Shown in pieces: positions 10,942-21,732 of a stretch of DNA of 64,000 bases. The notes beneath the pieces were generated by a model that had not been told where the DNA came from, ran no database searches, and worked only from the letters and a program-made list of their open reading frames with translations. This DNA comes from Nitrosarchaeum sp. (lineage in GTDB: Archaea; Thermoproteota; Nitrososphaeria; Nitrososphaerales; Nitrosopumilaceae). The position numbers and the translations under genes are program-made. The DNA lies in assembly GCA_965223865.1 (NCBI GenBank), contig OZ245020.1, forward strand, positions 704,001 to 768,000. Direction: 5' to 3'. Within the stretch, counting starts at the first letter, position 1, and the number at the start of each line of letters is the position of its first letter.

Positions 10942-13257
10942 CTAAATTAGATTATGCATTGATGCAAAATCTTTTTTAAATACACTCAAATCCTCCGGAA
11001 CAGAAATTGAGATAGAATCTTTTAATGAAAGTCCCTTACTCTTCTTTTCATTCCATACTTTGGAATTAAATTCTGTAATCTCTTTTGTAAAAGAAGAATA
11101 ATCGTCAGCTGATTCAGATTGAGCTTGTCTTTGTTTATGGATGCTTTCATCTGAATATAGAGTCTGCCAAAGATATTCAGTGATAAATGGAGCAATTGGT
11201 GCTAGTAATTTGAGAATTGTTGATAGCACTTTATGCAATGTATAGATTGCTGCATTTTTCTCATCATCAGAAAATCCAATACCATATGCTCTTGTCTTTA
11301 CCATCTCTATGTAATTTGCAGCAAAAAGATTCCATGTAAATTCACGAATTGCAACTGCTGGTACAAAAAAGTTGTATTTTTCATATCCCTTTTGGCATTC
11401 TATGACTAGATTGTCAAGTTCTGATAATATCCACTTGTCAGTTTCAGTTGGTGCAGCAGATTCTATAATCTCAAAACTTGATAAAAATCGTGAAACATTC
11501 CATAGTTTGCTTAGGAACTTTTTTGTTGAATCCATCTTTTGCTCAGAGCATCTAAAGTCATATCCATGGTTTATCTCACTGGCACTCCAAAATCTAAACG
11601 TGTCAGCCCCAATTCTCTCAATAACCGGTAATGGATCAAGGGCATTTCCCTTGCTCTTACTCATCTTCATTCCTTTTTCATCAAGTCCATATCCCATAAT
11701 CCATGCCTCAGACCAAGGCTTTTTTCCTGTGAGTTGCTCACATCTCAAGAGGGTATAGTATAGCCATGTTCTTACAATGTCTTTTGCCTGAGGTCTCAAT
11801 GCTGCAGGATATGTCTTTTTGAAGAATTCCTCGTCTTTTTGGAATTTTGTTACAAAAAGTGGTGATACACTAGAATCCATCCATGTATCAAAGGTTCTCT
11901 CCTCTCCTACAAATTCTGTTGCTCCGCACTTTGAGCAGTTTTTGATTGGAGATTCTTCCTTCCAAGGTCTATAGTATTTTCCAGGTTCCGGAACATGTGG
12001 TTCAGAACAACTCTTGCAATACCATATCGGAATCTCAGTGCCATAGTATCTTCGCCTTGATATTGGCCAATCAATTGAGATAGAATCAAGCCAGTTCATC
12101 AGGATTTGTTTGTGCATATCAGGATAAAATGTAATTTCATCTCCAAGACTTTTCATTTTTTCAACTGAATCCATCTGCTTTAGATAGTATTCCTCCATTG
12201 GTATAATTTCAATTGGATTTTTACTTCTCTCAGAGACTGGTGTTCTGTGATATATCTCTTCTATCTTTTCAATAAATCCATTATTTTCTAAATCTTCAAT
12301 AATTTTTGCTCTTGCTTGTTTTGGTTTTAATCCTGCATAGTTGCCTGCAGCCTTTGTCATTCTTCCATCAAGACCAATTGCAACAACTTCTCCTAGCTTT
12401 AACTCACGAAAAAGTGCAACATCGTTTTGATCACCATAGCTACAAACCATCATAGCTCCTGAACCAAATTCTTTTTGTGCAGAGTAATGTGTCTTAATCT
12501 CTACTTCTTGGTTTGTAATTGGAACAACTATCTTTTTTCCTACAAGATTAGTGTATCTCTCATCTTCCTCATTTACAATAATTGTCTTACATGCACAAAG
12601 AAGCTCAGGCCTTGTACTTGCAATAATAATTTTTTGATCAGAATCTTTTACGCTAAATCTCATGTAAACTAGTTTTGTTGGAAGTTCAAGGTATGTAATT
12701 TCAGCATCTGCAATCGTTGTTCCAGAAACCCAATCATAGTTGTTTGGTCTTGTGGCAAGATAGATTTGTCCTCTCTTCCACAATTCAATAAATGTAGATT
12801 GTGTAAGGGCTCTGTATTCTTCAGAGTCTGTCCTGTAGTAGTCTTTGATTCCCCCGCTTATTCCAAGATTTTTCATTATCTGAATCATTTCTGATTCCAA
12901 GTCATCAAGTGCATCTCGACATAAATTCAAAAATTCCCCTCTCTCAGTTTCTCTCATTCTTATGTTGTGCTTTTTTTCAGTATACACCTCCACTGGAAGA
13001 CCGTTTCTGTCAATGCCTATTGGAAAATAGACATTTTTTCCAGCCATTCGTGCGGTTCTGGCAATCATATCGATTTGTGAATAGTGAGATGCAGCACCAA
13101 TGTGCCATGGTCTACCTGAAGGATAAGGAGGCGGTGTGTCTATGGTATAGTTTTTCTCTGCTAAAACAAAATCATAGATGTTAGAATCTTCCCATTTTTT
13201 TAATACTTGTTGCTCTAACTCTGGATTCCATGCTTTTTCTTTTATTTTCGGTTCCAT
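10942..13257 (-). CDS. valS: Valine--tRNA ligase
   Basis: DTPPPYPSG..HIGA, DWPISRRRYYG, DTWMDSS, KMSKS. Confidence 0.95.
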   Translation of the reverse strand: MEPKIKEKAWNPELEQQVLKKWEDSNIYDFVLAEKNYTIDTPPPYPSGRPWHIGAASHYSQIDMIARTARMAGKNVYFPIGIDRNGLPVEVYTEKKHNIRMRETERGEFLNLCRDALDDLESEMIQIMKNLGISGGIKDYYRTDSEEYRALTQSTFIELWKRGQIYLATRPNNYDWVSGTTIADAEITYLELPTKLVYMRFSVKDSDQKIIIASTRPELLCACKTIIVNEEDERYTNLVGKKIVVPITNQEVEIKTHYSAQKEFGSGAMMVCSYGDQNDVALFRELKLGEVVAIGLDGRMTKAAGNYAGLKPKQARAKIIEDLENNGFIEKIEEIYHRTPVSERSKNPIEIIPMEEYYLKQMDSVEKMKSLGDEITFYPDMHKQILMNWLDSISIDWPISRRRYYGTEIPIWYCKSCSEPHVPEPGKYYRPWKEESPIKNCSKCGATEFVGEERTFDTWMDSSVSPLFVTKFQKDEEFFKKTYPAALRPQAKDIVRTWLYYTLLRCEQLTGKKPWSEAWIMGYGLDEKGMKMSKSKGNALDPLPVIERIGADTFRFWSASEINHGYDFRCSEQKMDSTKKFLSKLWNVSRFLSSFEIIESAAPTETDKWILSELDNLVIECQKGYEKYNFFVPAVAIREFTWNLFAANYIEMVKTRAYGIGFSDDEKNAAIYTLHKVLSTILKLLAPIAPFITEYLWQTLYSDESIHKQRQAQSESADDYSSFTKEITEFNSKVWNEKKSKGLSLKDSISISVPEDLSVFKKDFASMHNLI

Positions 13258-13260
13258 TTT

Positions 13261-14076
13261 CTACTTTCTTGCAATGTTTGATATGATATGGGATCCCTTG
13301 TTGTATCCCTCATAGATGTAAACTCCTAATGCCTCTACGTTCTTTGGGAATCTAGGTGCAAGTAATCTGATTATTTCAGTTGATAAATTCTCAACTGTTG
13401 CTTCACCTTCCAAAAGATATGTGGTGTTTTTTGGAACTTGTAAATCAAACATGCCTTTTGGACCATCAAATTGAATCTGATAATGAGATTCATCTTCTTT
13501 TTTTAGATATTTTTTGTTAATGAAGAACTTGTGATCAAAGATATTGATTACATCTTTGATAATTTTTTTTGCCTCACCAAAATCAATTAACAGATTGTTT
13601 TTCATCTGTCCTACAAGTTCTACCATTACAGAAGATGTGTGGCCATGCAAGATTGAGCACTTTTCAACTAATGGCAAAATATGAGCATAGTCAAATGAAA
13701 AAGAAGCATCCTCTAAAAATATCGAACCTGTCTGTGGGGTTTTATCATAAAACACAATATCTTGCAGTTCTTTTATTTGAGCAGAATACTTTGGGTGACC
13801 AATTGCCATTACTTTTTTTTCAGATAGATCGTCTTTGATCTCTTTGTATTTTGTTATGTCTTCTTCATTATCAATTACTTCGATTAATCCTTTGTTGGTC
13901 TTGAAATCCACATTGATTGTTTTTCCTTTTATTGATAGTTTGTAATCATACTCATAATCTTCTTCAAGAAAGGTAAGCATTTGGGCTATTGTAAGCTCTG
14001 TTCTACTTCTTAGCAGATTTCCTTTTTTGTCTATATATCTAAAATCTGAATCTAAAATTGTGGGATTTGAGGTCAT
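13261..14076 (-). CDS. queD: 6-pyruvoyl-tetrahydropterin synthase / QueD family protein with extra N-terminal domain
   Basis: FDYAH...CSILHGH, DFGEAK, FDHK and TVENL motifs in the C-terminal half. Confidence 0.75.
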   Translation of the reverse strand: MTSNPTILDSDFRYIDKKGNLLRSRTELTIAQMLTFLEEDYEYDYKLSIKGKTINVDFKTNKGLIEVIDNEEDITKYKEIKDDLSEKKVMAIGHPKYSAQIKELQDIVFYDKTPQTGSIFLEDASFSFDYAHILPLVEKCSILHGHTSSVMVELVGQMKNNLLIDFGEAKKIIKDVINIFDHKFFINKKYLKKEDESHYQIQFDGPKGMFDLQVPKNTTYLLEGEATVENLSTEIIRLLAPRFPKNVEALGVYIYEGYNKGSHIISNIARK

Positions 14077-14134
14077 TTGACGTCATCTCTCTGAAGTCTG
14101 TATATAAATTCTGTAACGAAATTGAGATAACCTT

Positions 14135-14413
14135 TCAGAACAATGAGTTTAGAATTTTTGCTAGATTGATATCTTTATGTGTTATTCCACCTGTGTCATG
14201 AGTCATAAGATCAACTGAAAGTCTATTGTAGACATTGAACCACTCTGGATGATGGTTCATCTTTTCAATCTCCATAGCGGCTCGAGTCATAAACCCAAAT
14301 GCCTGATTAAAGTCTGTAAACTCAAAGTCCTTGTGCAGTTTTCCATTAACGAGACTCCATCCTGTTAGATCTTTCAGCTCTTTTTGAATCTCTTCAAATG
14401 ATAACTTTATCAC
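14135..14413 (-). CDS. Pterin-4-alpha-carbinolamine dehydratase
   Basis: NHHPEW.NVYN and THDxGGIT motifs. Confidence 0.93.
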   Translation of the reverse strand: MIKLSFEEIQKELKDLTGWSLVNGKLHKDFEFTDFNQAFGFMTRAAMEIEKMNHHPEWFNVYNRLSVDLMTHDTGGITHKDINLAKILNSLF

Positions 14414-14486
14414 GAAATAACTTGTCTGCCATCAAAATTAATAGTTATGATCGGAACCACTTTGTATCCCTATATTTTGAGTATTT

Positions 14487-15236
14487 TTGTTGGTATCTGA
14501 AGTCTTAGAAGAAATCAAACAAGCTATTGTAAAGATCGTACCACAAAAAAAGATTGGAGTCGCCTTTTCAGGAGGAGTGGATAGCACACTTGTGGCAAAA
14601 CTATGCTCTGATCTGGGATATGATGTTACTTTATTGACTATAGGGTTTTCAGAGTCACATGACATTTCGTTTGCAAAACAGGTAAATGAACAGTTAAACT
14701 TTTCTCAAAAAATTTTAGAAATTGATCCCAATTCATTTTCAGAAACCACATCAAAAATCCACAAAAAAATTGGTACAGATAACCTCTCTTGGAACGAGAA
14801 TTGTATTGCATTTTACTATGTATCAAAGCTTGCACAAAGTTTGCAAATAGATACTGTAATTACTGCAAACGGGATTGACGAATTGTTTTGTGGATACAAT
14901 GCTTATCGTGATGTTGTAGAGCAAGGTGAAGACAAAGTCTTGGAACTAATGAATTCAAAACTTGAAAACGAATTAAATATGATGAAAGCAGTAAACGATG
15001 TAGCATCCGAGTTTAACGTAAAAATATTACAGCCTTTGTTGTCTGATGATTTTATAAAATTTGCAAAGACTGTACCTTTATCAAAAAAGATACGCAACAA
15101 GTACGACCTAATAAGAAAACATGCCATAAGAGAGGTGGCAATAGAAGCAGGAGTGCCTAGAGTTTCTGCAACCAAAAGAAAAAAAGCATTACAGTATGGC
15201 TCTAAAATTCACAAGAATCTCTTAAAATCTAGATGA
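14487..15236 (+). CDS. Asparagine synthase C-terminal-domain (PP-loop) protein
   Basis: AFSGGVDS, GIDELFCGY, KKALQYGS. Confidence 0.85.
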   Translation: MLVSEVLEEIKQAIVKIVPQKKIGVAFSGGVDSTLVAKLCSDLGYDVTLLTIGFSESHDISFAKQVNEQLNFSQKILEIDPNSFSETTSKIHKKIGTDNLSWNENCIAFYYVSKLAQSLQIDTVITANGIDELFCGYNAYRDVVEQGEDKVLELMNSKLENELNMMKAVNDVASEFNVKILQPLLSDDFIKFAKTVPLSKKIRNKYDLIRKHAIREVAIEAGVPRVSATKRKKALQYGSKIHKNLLKSR

Positions 15237-16590
15237 ATTTTCTGATTGTCTTTTGAACTGACTTGTTGACATTGCTGATAATTGTAGGTGATGCACCTAG
15301 ATGTTTCTCAGGACAAAATATTGCATCAATCTCTTTTTCTGAAAGTTTTGATGAAAAGGCCTTGTCATTTTTGATTGCATCAATATATTGTATTTCCTTG
15401 TCTTTTGCCTCAAATGCAACCCTTTGAACATCTCTATATGCCACAAAACGTGGAACTCCTTTTTTTATTAGTGCCTCTAAAACAAACTCTGCAAATATCT
15501 GACCCTTTGTGATGTACAGGTTCTCCACAATCTTTTTCTCATTTACTATCAAATTTGAGACAATCCTAGTCATGGTTTCAAGCATCTCATCTACCAGTAT
15601 TGACGTTGTGGGAATGACAAATCTTTCATTGGCAGAATTTGAAAGGTCCCGTTCATGCCATAGTGGGATGTTTTCAAAGGTAATTCCAATTTGGCTTCTA
15701 ATCATCTTTGAAAATGATGAAACTCGTTCACTTTTGATTGGATTTCGTTTTACAGGAACTGCACTGCTTCCCATCTGCCCTTTCTTGAATTGTTCGGCAA
15801 CCTCTCCAATCTCTGTTCTCTGCAAGTTTCTTATTTCTATTGCAATCTTTTCTAGAGTAGCCCCAATTAATGCCAACTCAAAAACAAACTCTGCATATCT
15901 CTCTCTAGCAACTACTTGAGTGGTTACTTCAGCAGGATACAACTTTAACCTCTTTGCAACTCTTTTCTGAACTTCAAGGGATTTTGCCCCCATCAATGAA
16001 CCAGTACCTACTACGCCGAGAGTCTTGCAGATCAAAATTCTCTTTTTTATTTCCTCTATTCGTTCTACATGTTTTGCCATCTCTGCTGCCCAGTTTGCAA
16101 ACTTTAATCCAAATGATATGATGCTTGCATGTTGACCATGCGTTCTTCCAACTGCTGGAATTTTTGCGTGTTTGATTGCCCTTTCTGCAAGAATTGATGA
16201 TATCCTTGCAACCTTGGGTTCGATAATTTCCAAGGCATCTCTCATCTGCATTGAATTGCTAGTGTCTACCAAATCATTACTAGTCAATCCATAATGAATC
16301 CATGGCCTTGCATCTTTGGGACACTTTTCACTTAATGATTCAACCAAAGCTGCTGTATCATGATCGCTTTTTGCTTCTAACTGTTTGATTCTCTTTGCAG
16401 TAATTTTTCCTGACACTGCAGCTTTGAGAATTTTTCTTCCAACTGTCTTTGGGATTAACCCAATCTCGCTTTGTGATACTGCAGCTGTCCCTTCAATTTC
16501 TAATTGATAGTCAACTTTTTTTTGTTCGCTAAAAATTTCCATCATTTCTGCGGTGCCATATCGACCGCTATCAATTGGTAAAATAGCCAA
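15229..16590 (-). CDS. purB: Adenylosuccinate lyase
   Basis: HYGLTSND, GRTHGQHA, GSSAVPVKRNP, HERDLSNS. Confidence 0.96.
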   Translation of the reverse strand: MAILPIDSGRYGTAEMMEIFSEQKKVDYQLEIEGTAAVSQSEIGLIPKTVGRKILKAAVSGKITAKRIKQLEAKSDHDTAALVESLSEKCPKDARPWIHYGLTSNDLVDTSNSMQMRDALEIIEPKVARISSILAERAIKHAKIPAVGRTHGQHASIISFGLKFANWAAEMAKHVERIEEIKKRILICKTLGVVGTGSLMGAKSLEVQKRVAKRLKLYPAEVTTQVVARERYAEFVFELALIGATLEKIAIEIRNLQRTEIGEVAEQFKKGQMGSSAVPVKRNPIKSERVSSFSKMIRSQIGITFENIPLWHERDLSNSANERFVIPTTSILVDEMLETMTRIVSNLIVNEKKIVENLYITKGQIFAEFVLEALIKKGVPRFVAYRDVQRVAFEAKDKEIQYIDAIKNDKAFSSKLSEKEIDAIFCPEKHLGASPTIISNVNKSVQKTIRKFI

Positions 16591-16679
16591 TAATTGTTCT
16601 GTTTATGTATCGAAAATAAATCTACTTATTAAATTCAAAATCTCAACTTTTAAAATTAGATATCAAAAATCATGTCTGT

Positions 16680-17625
16680 ATGAAGGCTGCAGTATTTGAT
16701 GGAAAAAGTATGACATTTCTTGATGACTATCCAGATCCCAATCATGAGGAGACTTGTCAGAATCAATCTAGCAGGATTATGCGGGACTGATCTGGAAATT
16801 TTGGATGGATACATGGATTATCATGGAATTCTTGGGCATGAGTTTGTAGGAACAGTTGCAAAATCTCAAAACAAGGATCTGATTGGTAAAAGAGTTGTAG
16901 GTGAAATTAATGTTGGCTGTGGTGTTTGCACTTCTTGTAAAAATGGTCTAGAAAGGCATTGCCCTAATAGAACTGTTTTGGGTATTCTAAAAAGAAACGG
17001 TGCTTTTGCAGAATATCTCTCACTTCCAGAAAAAAATCTTCATGTAATTCTTGACTCTATCTCCGATGAGCAAGCAGTTTTTGTTGAACCACCAGCTGCA
17101 GCATTTGAAATTACAGAACAAGTTAGTCTAAAATCCGATTGGAAAGTAGCAATTGTTGGTGATGGAAGATTAGCGTTTCTTATTGCAAATGTCTTGAAAC
17201 TTTATTGCAATAACATTGCATGTTTTGGAAGGCATGAAAAAAAACTTGCAAACTTCAAGAATCTTGTTGCAACAAAGATAGGAATTGATTCTGATGATGA
17301 ACATAGATTTGATTTGGTTGTAGAAGCAACTGGAAATAATTCTGGATTTACAGATACAATGAAGTTAATAAAACCACGAGGAACTGTAATTTTAAAATCA
17401 ACCATAGCTTCTAAAGAAAATCTGAACCTTACCCCTACTGTTGTCAATGAAATAACATTAATTGGTTCAAGATGTGGAAAATTTAAACCTGCAATTAATG
17501 CTCTTGCTTCACGAAAAATCTCAGTTGACTCTCTAATCGATTCCACTTTTTCTCTTGAAAATTTTCAAGATGCATTAGACTATGCTAAAAAACCAGAAAC
17601 TCTGAAGGTTTTTCTCAAACCATAG
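16680..17625 (+). pseudogene. Zn-dependent alcohol dehydrogenase (MDR family), frameshifted near the N-terminus (or sequencing indel)
   Basis: ATG 16680 gives MKAAVFDGKS...PDPNHEET, then the frame changes at about 16752 to LVRINLAGLCGTD; GHEFVG and CGVCxxC...C motifs present. Confidence 0.75.
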
Positions 17626-17682
17626 AGTCTATTGATAAATTTTAGGTTTAAATTGGATTGACCGAAAATTTTACCTGTCTTT

Positions 17683-19131
17683 ATGTCTTCAATAACTCCA
17701 AAAAAAATTGCAGAAAATCAGTACATAATTGAAGCAGATTCTAATTTTGGGATGAAAGTTCCAGTGAAAATCTATGCTGATGAAAGTTTACTTCAAAAAA
17801 TGCTTACAGATAGAACAATAATGCAAGCAAGAAATGTGGCCTCTATTCCGGGTATTGTGAGTCATGGGGTTGTCTTGCCTGATGGTCATGAAGGATATGG
17901 CTTTCCTGTTGGTGGTGTAGCTGCAATGGATGCTGAAGAAGGAATGATTAGTCCTGGAGGAGTGGGTTATGATATTAACTGTGGCGTAAGATTGCTGAGA
18001 AGCACTCTAAATGAAGACATCGTCCGCTCAAAACTAAAGGATCTTGTTACAGAATTATTTGGATCCATTCCTTCAGGCGTTGGATCAAAAGGAGCTGTAA
18101 AACTTTCTCATTCACAACTAGACGAAGTTTTGGTTAATGGTGTTAATTGGGCCATTGACAATGGATATGGTTCAACACATGATGCAGATGTTTGTGAAGA
18201 AAATGGCCAAATTGCAAATGCAGATCCAAACAAAGTTTCAGACAAAGCACGAAAAAGAGGTGCTCCTCAACTTGGTAGTCTAGGTTCAGGAAATCACTTC
18301 CTCGAAATTCAAAAGGTAGCAGAGATTCATGATGAAGAAGCTGCAAAAAGAATGGGGATCTCAGAAGGAACCATCACAGTCTTGATTCATTGCGGCTCTC
18401 GAGGATTTGGTCATCAAGTTTGTAGCGATTATCTAAGAGTTTCAGAGCAAGCTTTAGAAAAATATGGTATTCACTTAGCAGATAGAGAACTAGCATGTGT
18501 CCCTAATTCCTCAGAAGAAGGTGAATCATATAGAAAAGCAATGTTTAGTGCCCTGAATTTTGCATGGAGTAATCGACAAATGATTACACATTGGACTAGA
18601 AAATCATTTGAAAAGGTTTTCAATCAATCAGAGTCAGATCTTGATATGAAATTAGTTTATGATGTTGCTCACAATATTGCCAAAGTGGAAAAACACAAAG
18701 TTGATGGAAAAGAAAGAAAAGTTGTAGTCCATAGAAAAGGTGCTACAAGAGCATTTCCGGCAAATCGTGAAGAGATACCTGCAAAGTATCGTGATATTGG
18801 ACAACCAGTTTTAATTCCAGGTTCTATGGGCACTTCAAGTTGGATTCTGCTAGGAAAACCAAATTCTATGGACTTGAGTTTTGGCTCAACAGCACATGGT
18901 GCGGGAAGAACAATGTCAAGGTCAAAAGCACGAAGAAATTTCACTGAAAACGACGTAAAAAAATCACTCAATAACAAGGGAATTTTCATAAAAGCATTGA
19001 CTCGAGATGGAGTGGTAGAAGAGACTCCTCAAGCCTACAAGGATGTTGATACCGTCGTAAATGTATCTCATAATCTAGGAATCGCAACCAAAGTAGCAAA
19101 ATTAGTACCTATAGGCGTGATTAAGGGATGA
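17683..19131 (+). CDS. rtcB: tRNA-splicing ligase RtcB
   Basis: LPDGHEGYGFP, GYDINCG, GSGNHF, HNIAK, HRKGAT, HGAGR. Confidence 0.97.
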   Translation: MSSITPKKIAENQYIIEADSNFGMKVPVKIYADESLLQKMLTDRTIMQARNVASIPGIVSHGVVLPDGHEGYGFPVGGVAAMDAEEGMISPGGVGYDINCGVRLLRSTLNEDIVRSKLKDLVTELFGSIPSGVGSKGAVKLSHSQLDEVLVNGVNWAIDNGYGSTHDADVCEENGQIANADPNKVSDKARKRGAPQLGSLGSGNHFLEIQKVAEIHDEEAAKRMGISEGTITVLIHCGSRGFGHQVCSDYLRVSEQALEKYGIHLADRELACVPNSSEEGESYRKAMFSALNFAWSNRQMITHWTRKSFEKVFNQSESDLDMKLVYDVAHNIAKVEKHKVDGKERKVVVHRKGATRAFPANREEIPAKYRDIGQPVLIPGSMGTSSWILLGKPNSMDLSFGSTAHGAGRTMSRSKARRNFTENDVKKSLNNKGIFIKALTRDGVVEETPQAYKDVDTVVNVSHNLGIATKVAKLVPIGVIKG

Positions 19132-19535
19132 GTGAAGATTTTGAACTAGAAAGATTAAAGGCAAAAAGACTAGCCGAAATGCAAAAAAATATCTCTTTTC
19201 AGGAAAATGCTCAAAAACAACCTGAGACAAAACCAGAGACAAAAAAAACTCCTCGGGAAATTTTAGTTCCTACACTAGGGTACAGAGGCCTTGAAGTATT
19301 ACAAAACGCAGAATCACAATTTCCAAATGAAACAAAAATAATTGTTGAAAAACTAGCAGAATTGATTAAAACTGGAGAAATAAATGAAGTAATTGATGGT
19401 GGAAAACTATTGTTATTGTTCAGATCAGTTGGTCTAAACATAAGAATGCAAACAAAGATCAATGTTGAACAGGATGGAAAATTCGTATCACTATCTGATA
19501 AACTAAGTAACCAATCACTTAACGGTGAAGAGTAA
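19128..19535 (+). CDS. PDCD5-like double-stranded DNA-binding protein
   Basis: N-terminal ELERLKAKRLAEM helix; coupled to rtcB. Confidence 0.65.
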   Translation: MSEDFELERLKAKRLAEMQKNISFQENAQKQPETKPETKKTPREILVPTLGYRGLEVLQNAESQFPNETKIIVEKLAELIKTGEINEVIDGGKLLLLFRSVGLNIRMQTKINVEQDGKFVSLSDKLSNQSLNGEE

Positions 19536-19846
19536 TGGATATTGTTCTAGAAGTTGGAACTAAAAATTATTTAAATGATCTACTTTCTATTAAAAAAGCA
19601 TTATCTCATATGGAAAGTTTGGTTGGATGTTATAATGGTTATCTGCTTAGTGATCCATCTACAAGTTTTGGTTGGACATTTTTTAAATTAGCTTTCAAAC
19701 CCGATTTACAAAGAGGAATTGAGGAAAAGTTTGCAGACATGATTAACAAATATCAATGGAATAAGCCCGAAGAAAAATTTGGAAAATTTATGACTGATTA
19801 TTTTAAAGCTAGAGGTTGTGATGTTAGAATAAAAATATCTAACTAA
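19535..19846 (+). CDS. Hypothetical protein
   Basis: 103-aa ORF coupled to the upstream gene (TAATG). Confidence 0.7.
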   Translation: MDIVLEVGTKNYLNDLLSIKKALSHMESLVGCYNGYLLSDPSTSFGWTFFKLAFKPDLQRGIEEKFADMINKYQWNKPEEKFGKFMTDYFKARGCDVRIKISN

Positions 19847-20340
19847 ACTCTTCTTCCTCTCTTTCCACCTTTCTTTCTTGTGGTGTCATGAGGAATTGGA
19901 GTGACATCATCAATTCTTCCAATCTTAAATCCGCCTCTTGCCAAGGCTCTAATTGCAGCTTGTGCCCCAGGACCTGGAACTCTAGATCCAACTCCACCAA
20001 CTGCTCTTACTCTAATGTGAAATCCCGTAAACCCTTTTGTTCTTGCAGATTCTACCACTGCGTTAGCAGCTTTCATTGCAGCAAATGGTGATGACTCATA
20101 TCTGTCAGCATTTACATGAATTCCGCCTGAACTAATTGCTACAGTTTCCCCTCCTGTCAGGTCAGTCATATGGATAATGGTATTGTTATAACTGCTGAAA
20201 ATATGAGCAATGCCCCATTTTTCAGGACCTTCTTTTTTTGTTTCTGGTTCTACTTGTGGTCTTGATTTGGCCTCTGTTTCAGCTTTGGTTTCCTCTATTA
20301 GTGCCTCTTCTTCTTCTATTTTAGCCTCAGTTTCTGACAA
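19843..20340 (-). CDS. rps11: 30S ribosomal protein S11 (uS11)
   Basis: [47 protein letters not shown]. Confidence 0.97.
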   Translation of the reverse strand: MSETEAKIEEEEALIEETKAETEAKSRPQVEPETKKEGPEKWGIAHIFSSYNNTIIHMTDLTGGETVAISSGGIHVNADRYESSPFAAMKAANAVVESARTKGFTGFHIRVRAVGGVGSRVPGPGAQAAIRALARGGFKIGRIDDVTPIPHDTTRKKGGKRGRRV

Positions 20341-20454
20341 TGTCTACTCACACCTTAAAGGGTTTAAAAAACATTGATTTTTGAGAATGGCTTTTCTTGA
20401 TACTTTGTATTTTTTGTGACTATCACTAAAATACTATGAAAAGTCGTTTTTTTA

Positions 20455-20778
20455 ATGGGATCTGTAATCTTACTTGCCATAGGAATTGCAGTAGCTGCTG
20501 CGCTTTTGGGTTCTGTTGCTTTTCAGTTTCTAACTCCTAACAATGAAATCTCTCCATTTCTTGCAGTTGAAGAAAAATGTGAAAAAATTGCATTGGAAGG
20601 TTATAAAATACATCTAAAATATCCTGACTCACAACCAGATGATTTACCATCTAATGATAGGGACCGTTGGTTGTATCTTGATGAGATATGGATTAATGAT
20701 TGTGTAAATGTTTTACCTGCTGCAACTGTTTTTGATATTATTCAAAGAGTAGAGCTTGATTTTCGTTTTGGGGAATGA
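20455..20778 (+). CDS. Membrane-anchored hypothetical protein
   Basis: N-terminal TM helix, 107 aa. Confidence 0.65.
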   Translation: MGSVILLAIGIAVAAALLGSVAFQFLTPNNEISPFLAVEEKCEKIALEGYKIHLKYPDSQPDDLPSNDRDRWLYLDEIWINDCVNVLPAATVFDIIQRVELDFRFGE

Positions 20779-21732
20779 TCATTTTGTAAAGTGGCGCCAC
20801 CCCAAATCTTTTAGATGGTAAATTTTTTCATCCACTTTAGTATAGACTCCAGTTCCATTTGTTACGAATCCAATTTCTTCTATTGGTGTTTTTACTTGAG
20901 ATGATATTTTTTTGACAATTGGTTTGTATTTTTTTGGTATAGTAAAAACAAATTCATATTCTTCACCTCCATGAAAAATTAAATTAGTTGGATTGATCTT
21001 GTTTTCTTTTGCAAATTCATAAATCTCCTTTGGTGCCGGAATTTTATCTATGATGAACTTTTGATTGCTTTGTTTTGACATTTCATTTAGGGTAGTAGAT
21101 AATCCATCACTAGAATCCATTGAGGATGAAAAATACTTTCTACTCTTACAACCAAACTCAAGTCTAGGTTTTGGTTTAAACACCGATTTTAGTGCTTTTG
21201 CAACAAAGATTCTCTTGCCTTTTCTTTTATCAAGTAAAATTTTCAATCCTGCTGCAGTGTATCCAAATGGACCTGTAACAAATATTGAGTCTCCTGCTTT
21301 TGCACCCTTTCTGGCGATTATTTTGTCTGATTTCCCAAAAATACATACATGAAAAACTAATTCTTTTCCCTCATTTGTGTCGCCTCCTAGAATTTTAATT
21401 TGAAATTCTTTTGATGCAGTTTTCAAACCATTTGATATCTCTATAACTTTTGAGCGTGAGATTGACTTAGGCATGTTTAAGGAAATAATACCAAATTCTG
21501 GTTTTACTCCTTTTGATGCAAAATCACTAATGCATGCTACAATACTCTTTCTTGCAGCATCCGCTAATTTCATTTTTGGAGGGATATCTGTGCTTTGAAC
21601 TAAGGTATCTATCTTAACAACAATCCTTGTTTTGCCAATTTTGAATGTCTCTACATCTTCAGAAACAAATTTTTTATTTTTTAGTTTGCTTTGAAAAATT
21701 TTGATAATGGAAGATTCATCTAACTTCTTCAT
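20779..21732 (-). CDS. thiL: Thiamine-monophosphate kinase
   Basis: SDFASKG, GGDT, VTGPFG, DSSDGL, GGEEYE. Confidence 0.93.
   Translation of the reverse strand: MKKLDESSIIKIFQSKLKNKKFVSEDVETFKIGKTRIVVKIDTLVQSTDIPPKMKLADAARKSIVACISDFASKGVKPEFGIISLNMPKSISRSKVIEISNGLKTASKEFQIKILGGDTNEGKELVFHVCIFGKSDKIIARKGAKAGDSIFVTGPFGYTAAGLKILLDKRKGKRIFVAKALKSVFKPKPRLEFGCKSRKYFSSSMDSSDGLSTTLNEMSKQSNQKFIIDKIPAPKEIYEFAKENKINPTNLIFHGGEEYEFVFTIPKKYKPIVKKISSQVKTPIEEIGFVTNGTGVYTKVDEKIYHLKDLGWRHFTK

Noticed and set aside
19843-20340. rps11 outside the S13-S4-RpoD cluster
   Set aside because: As far as I recall this is the usual arrangement in this lineage, so it is not novel
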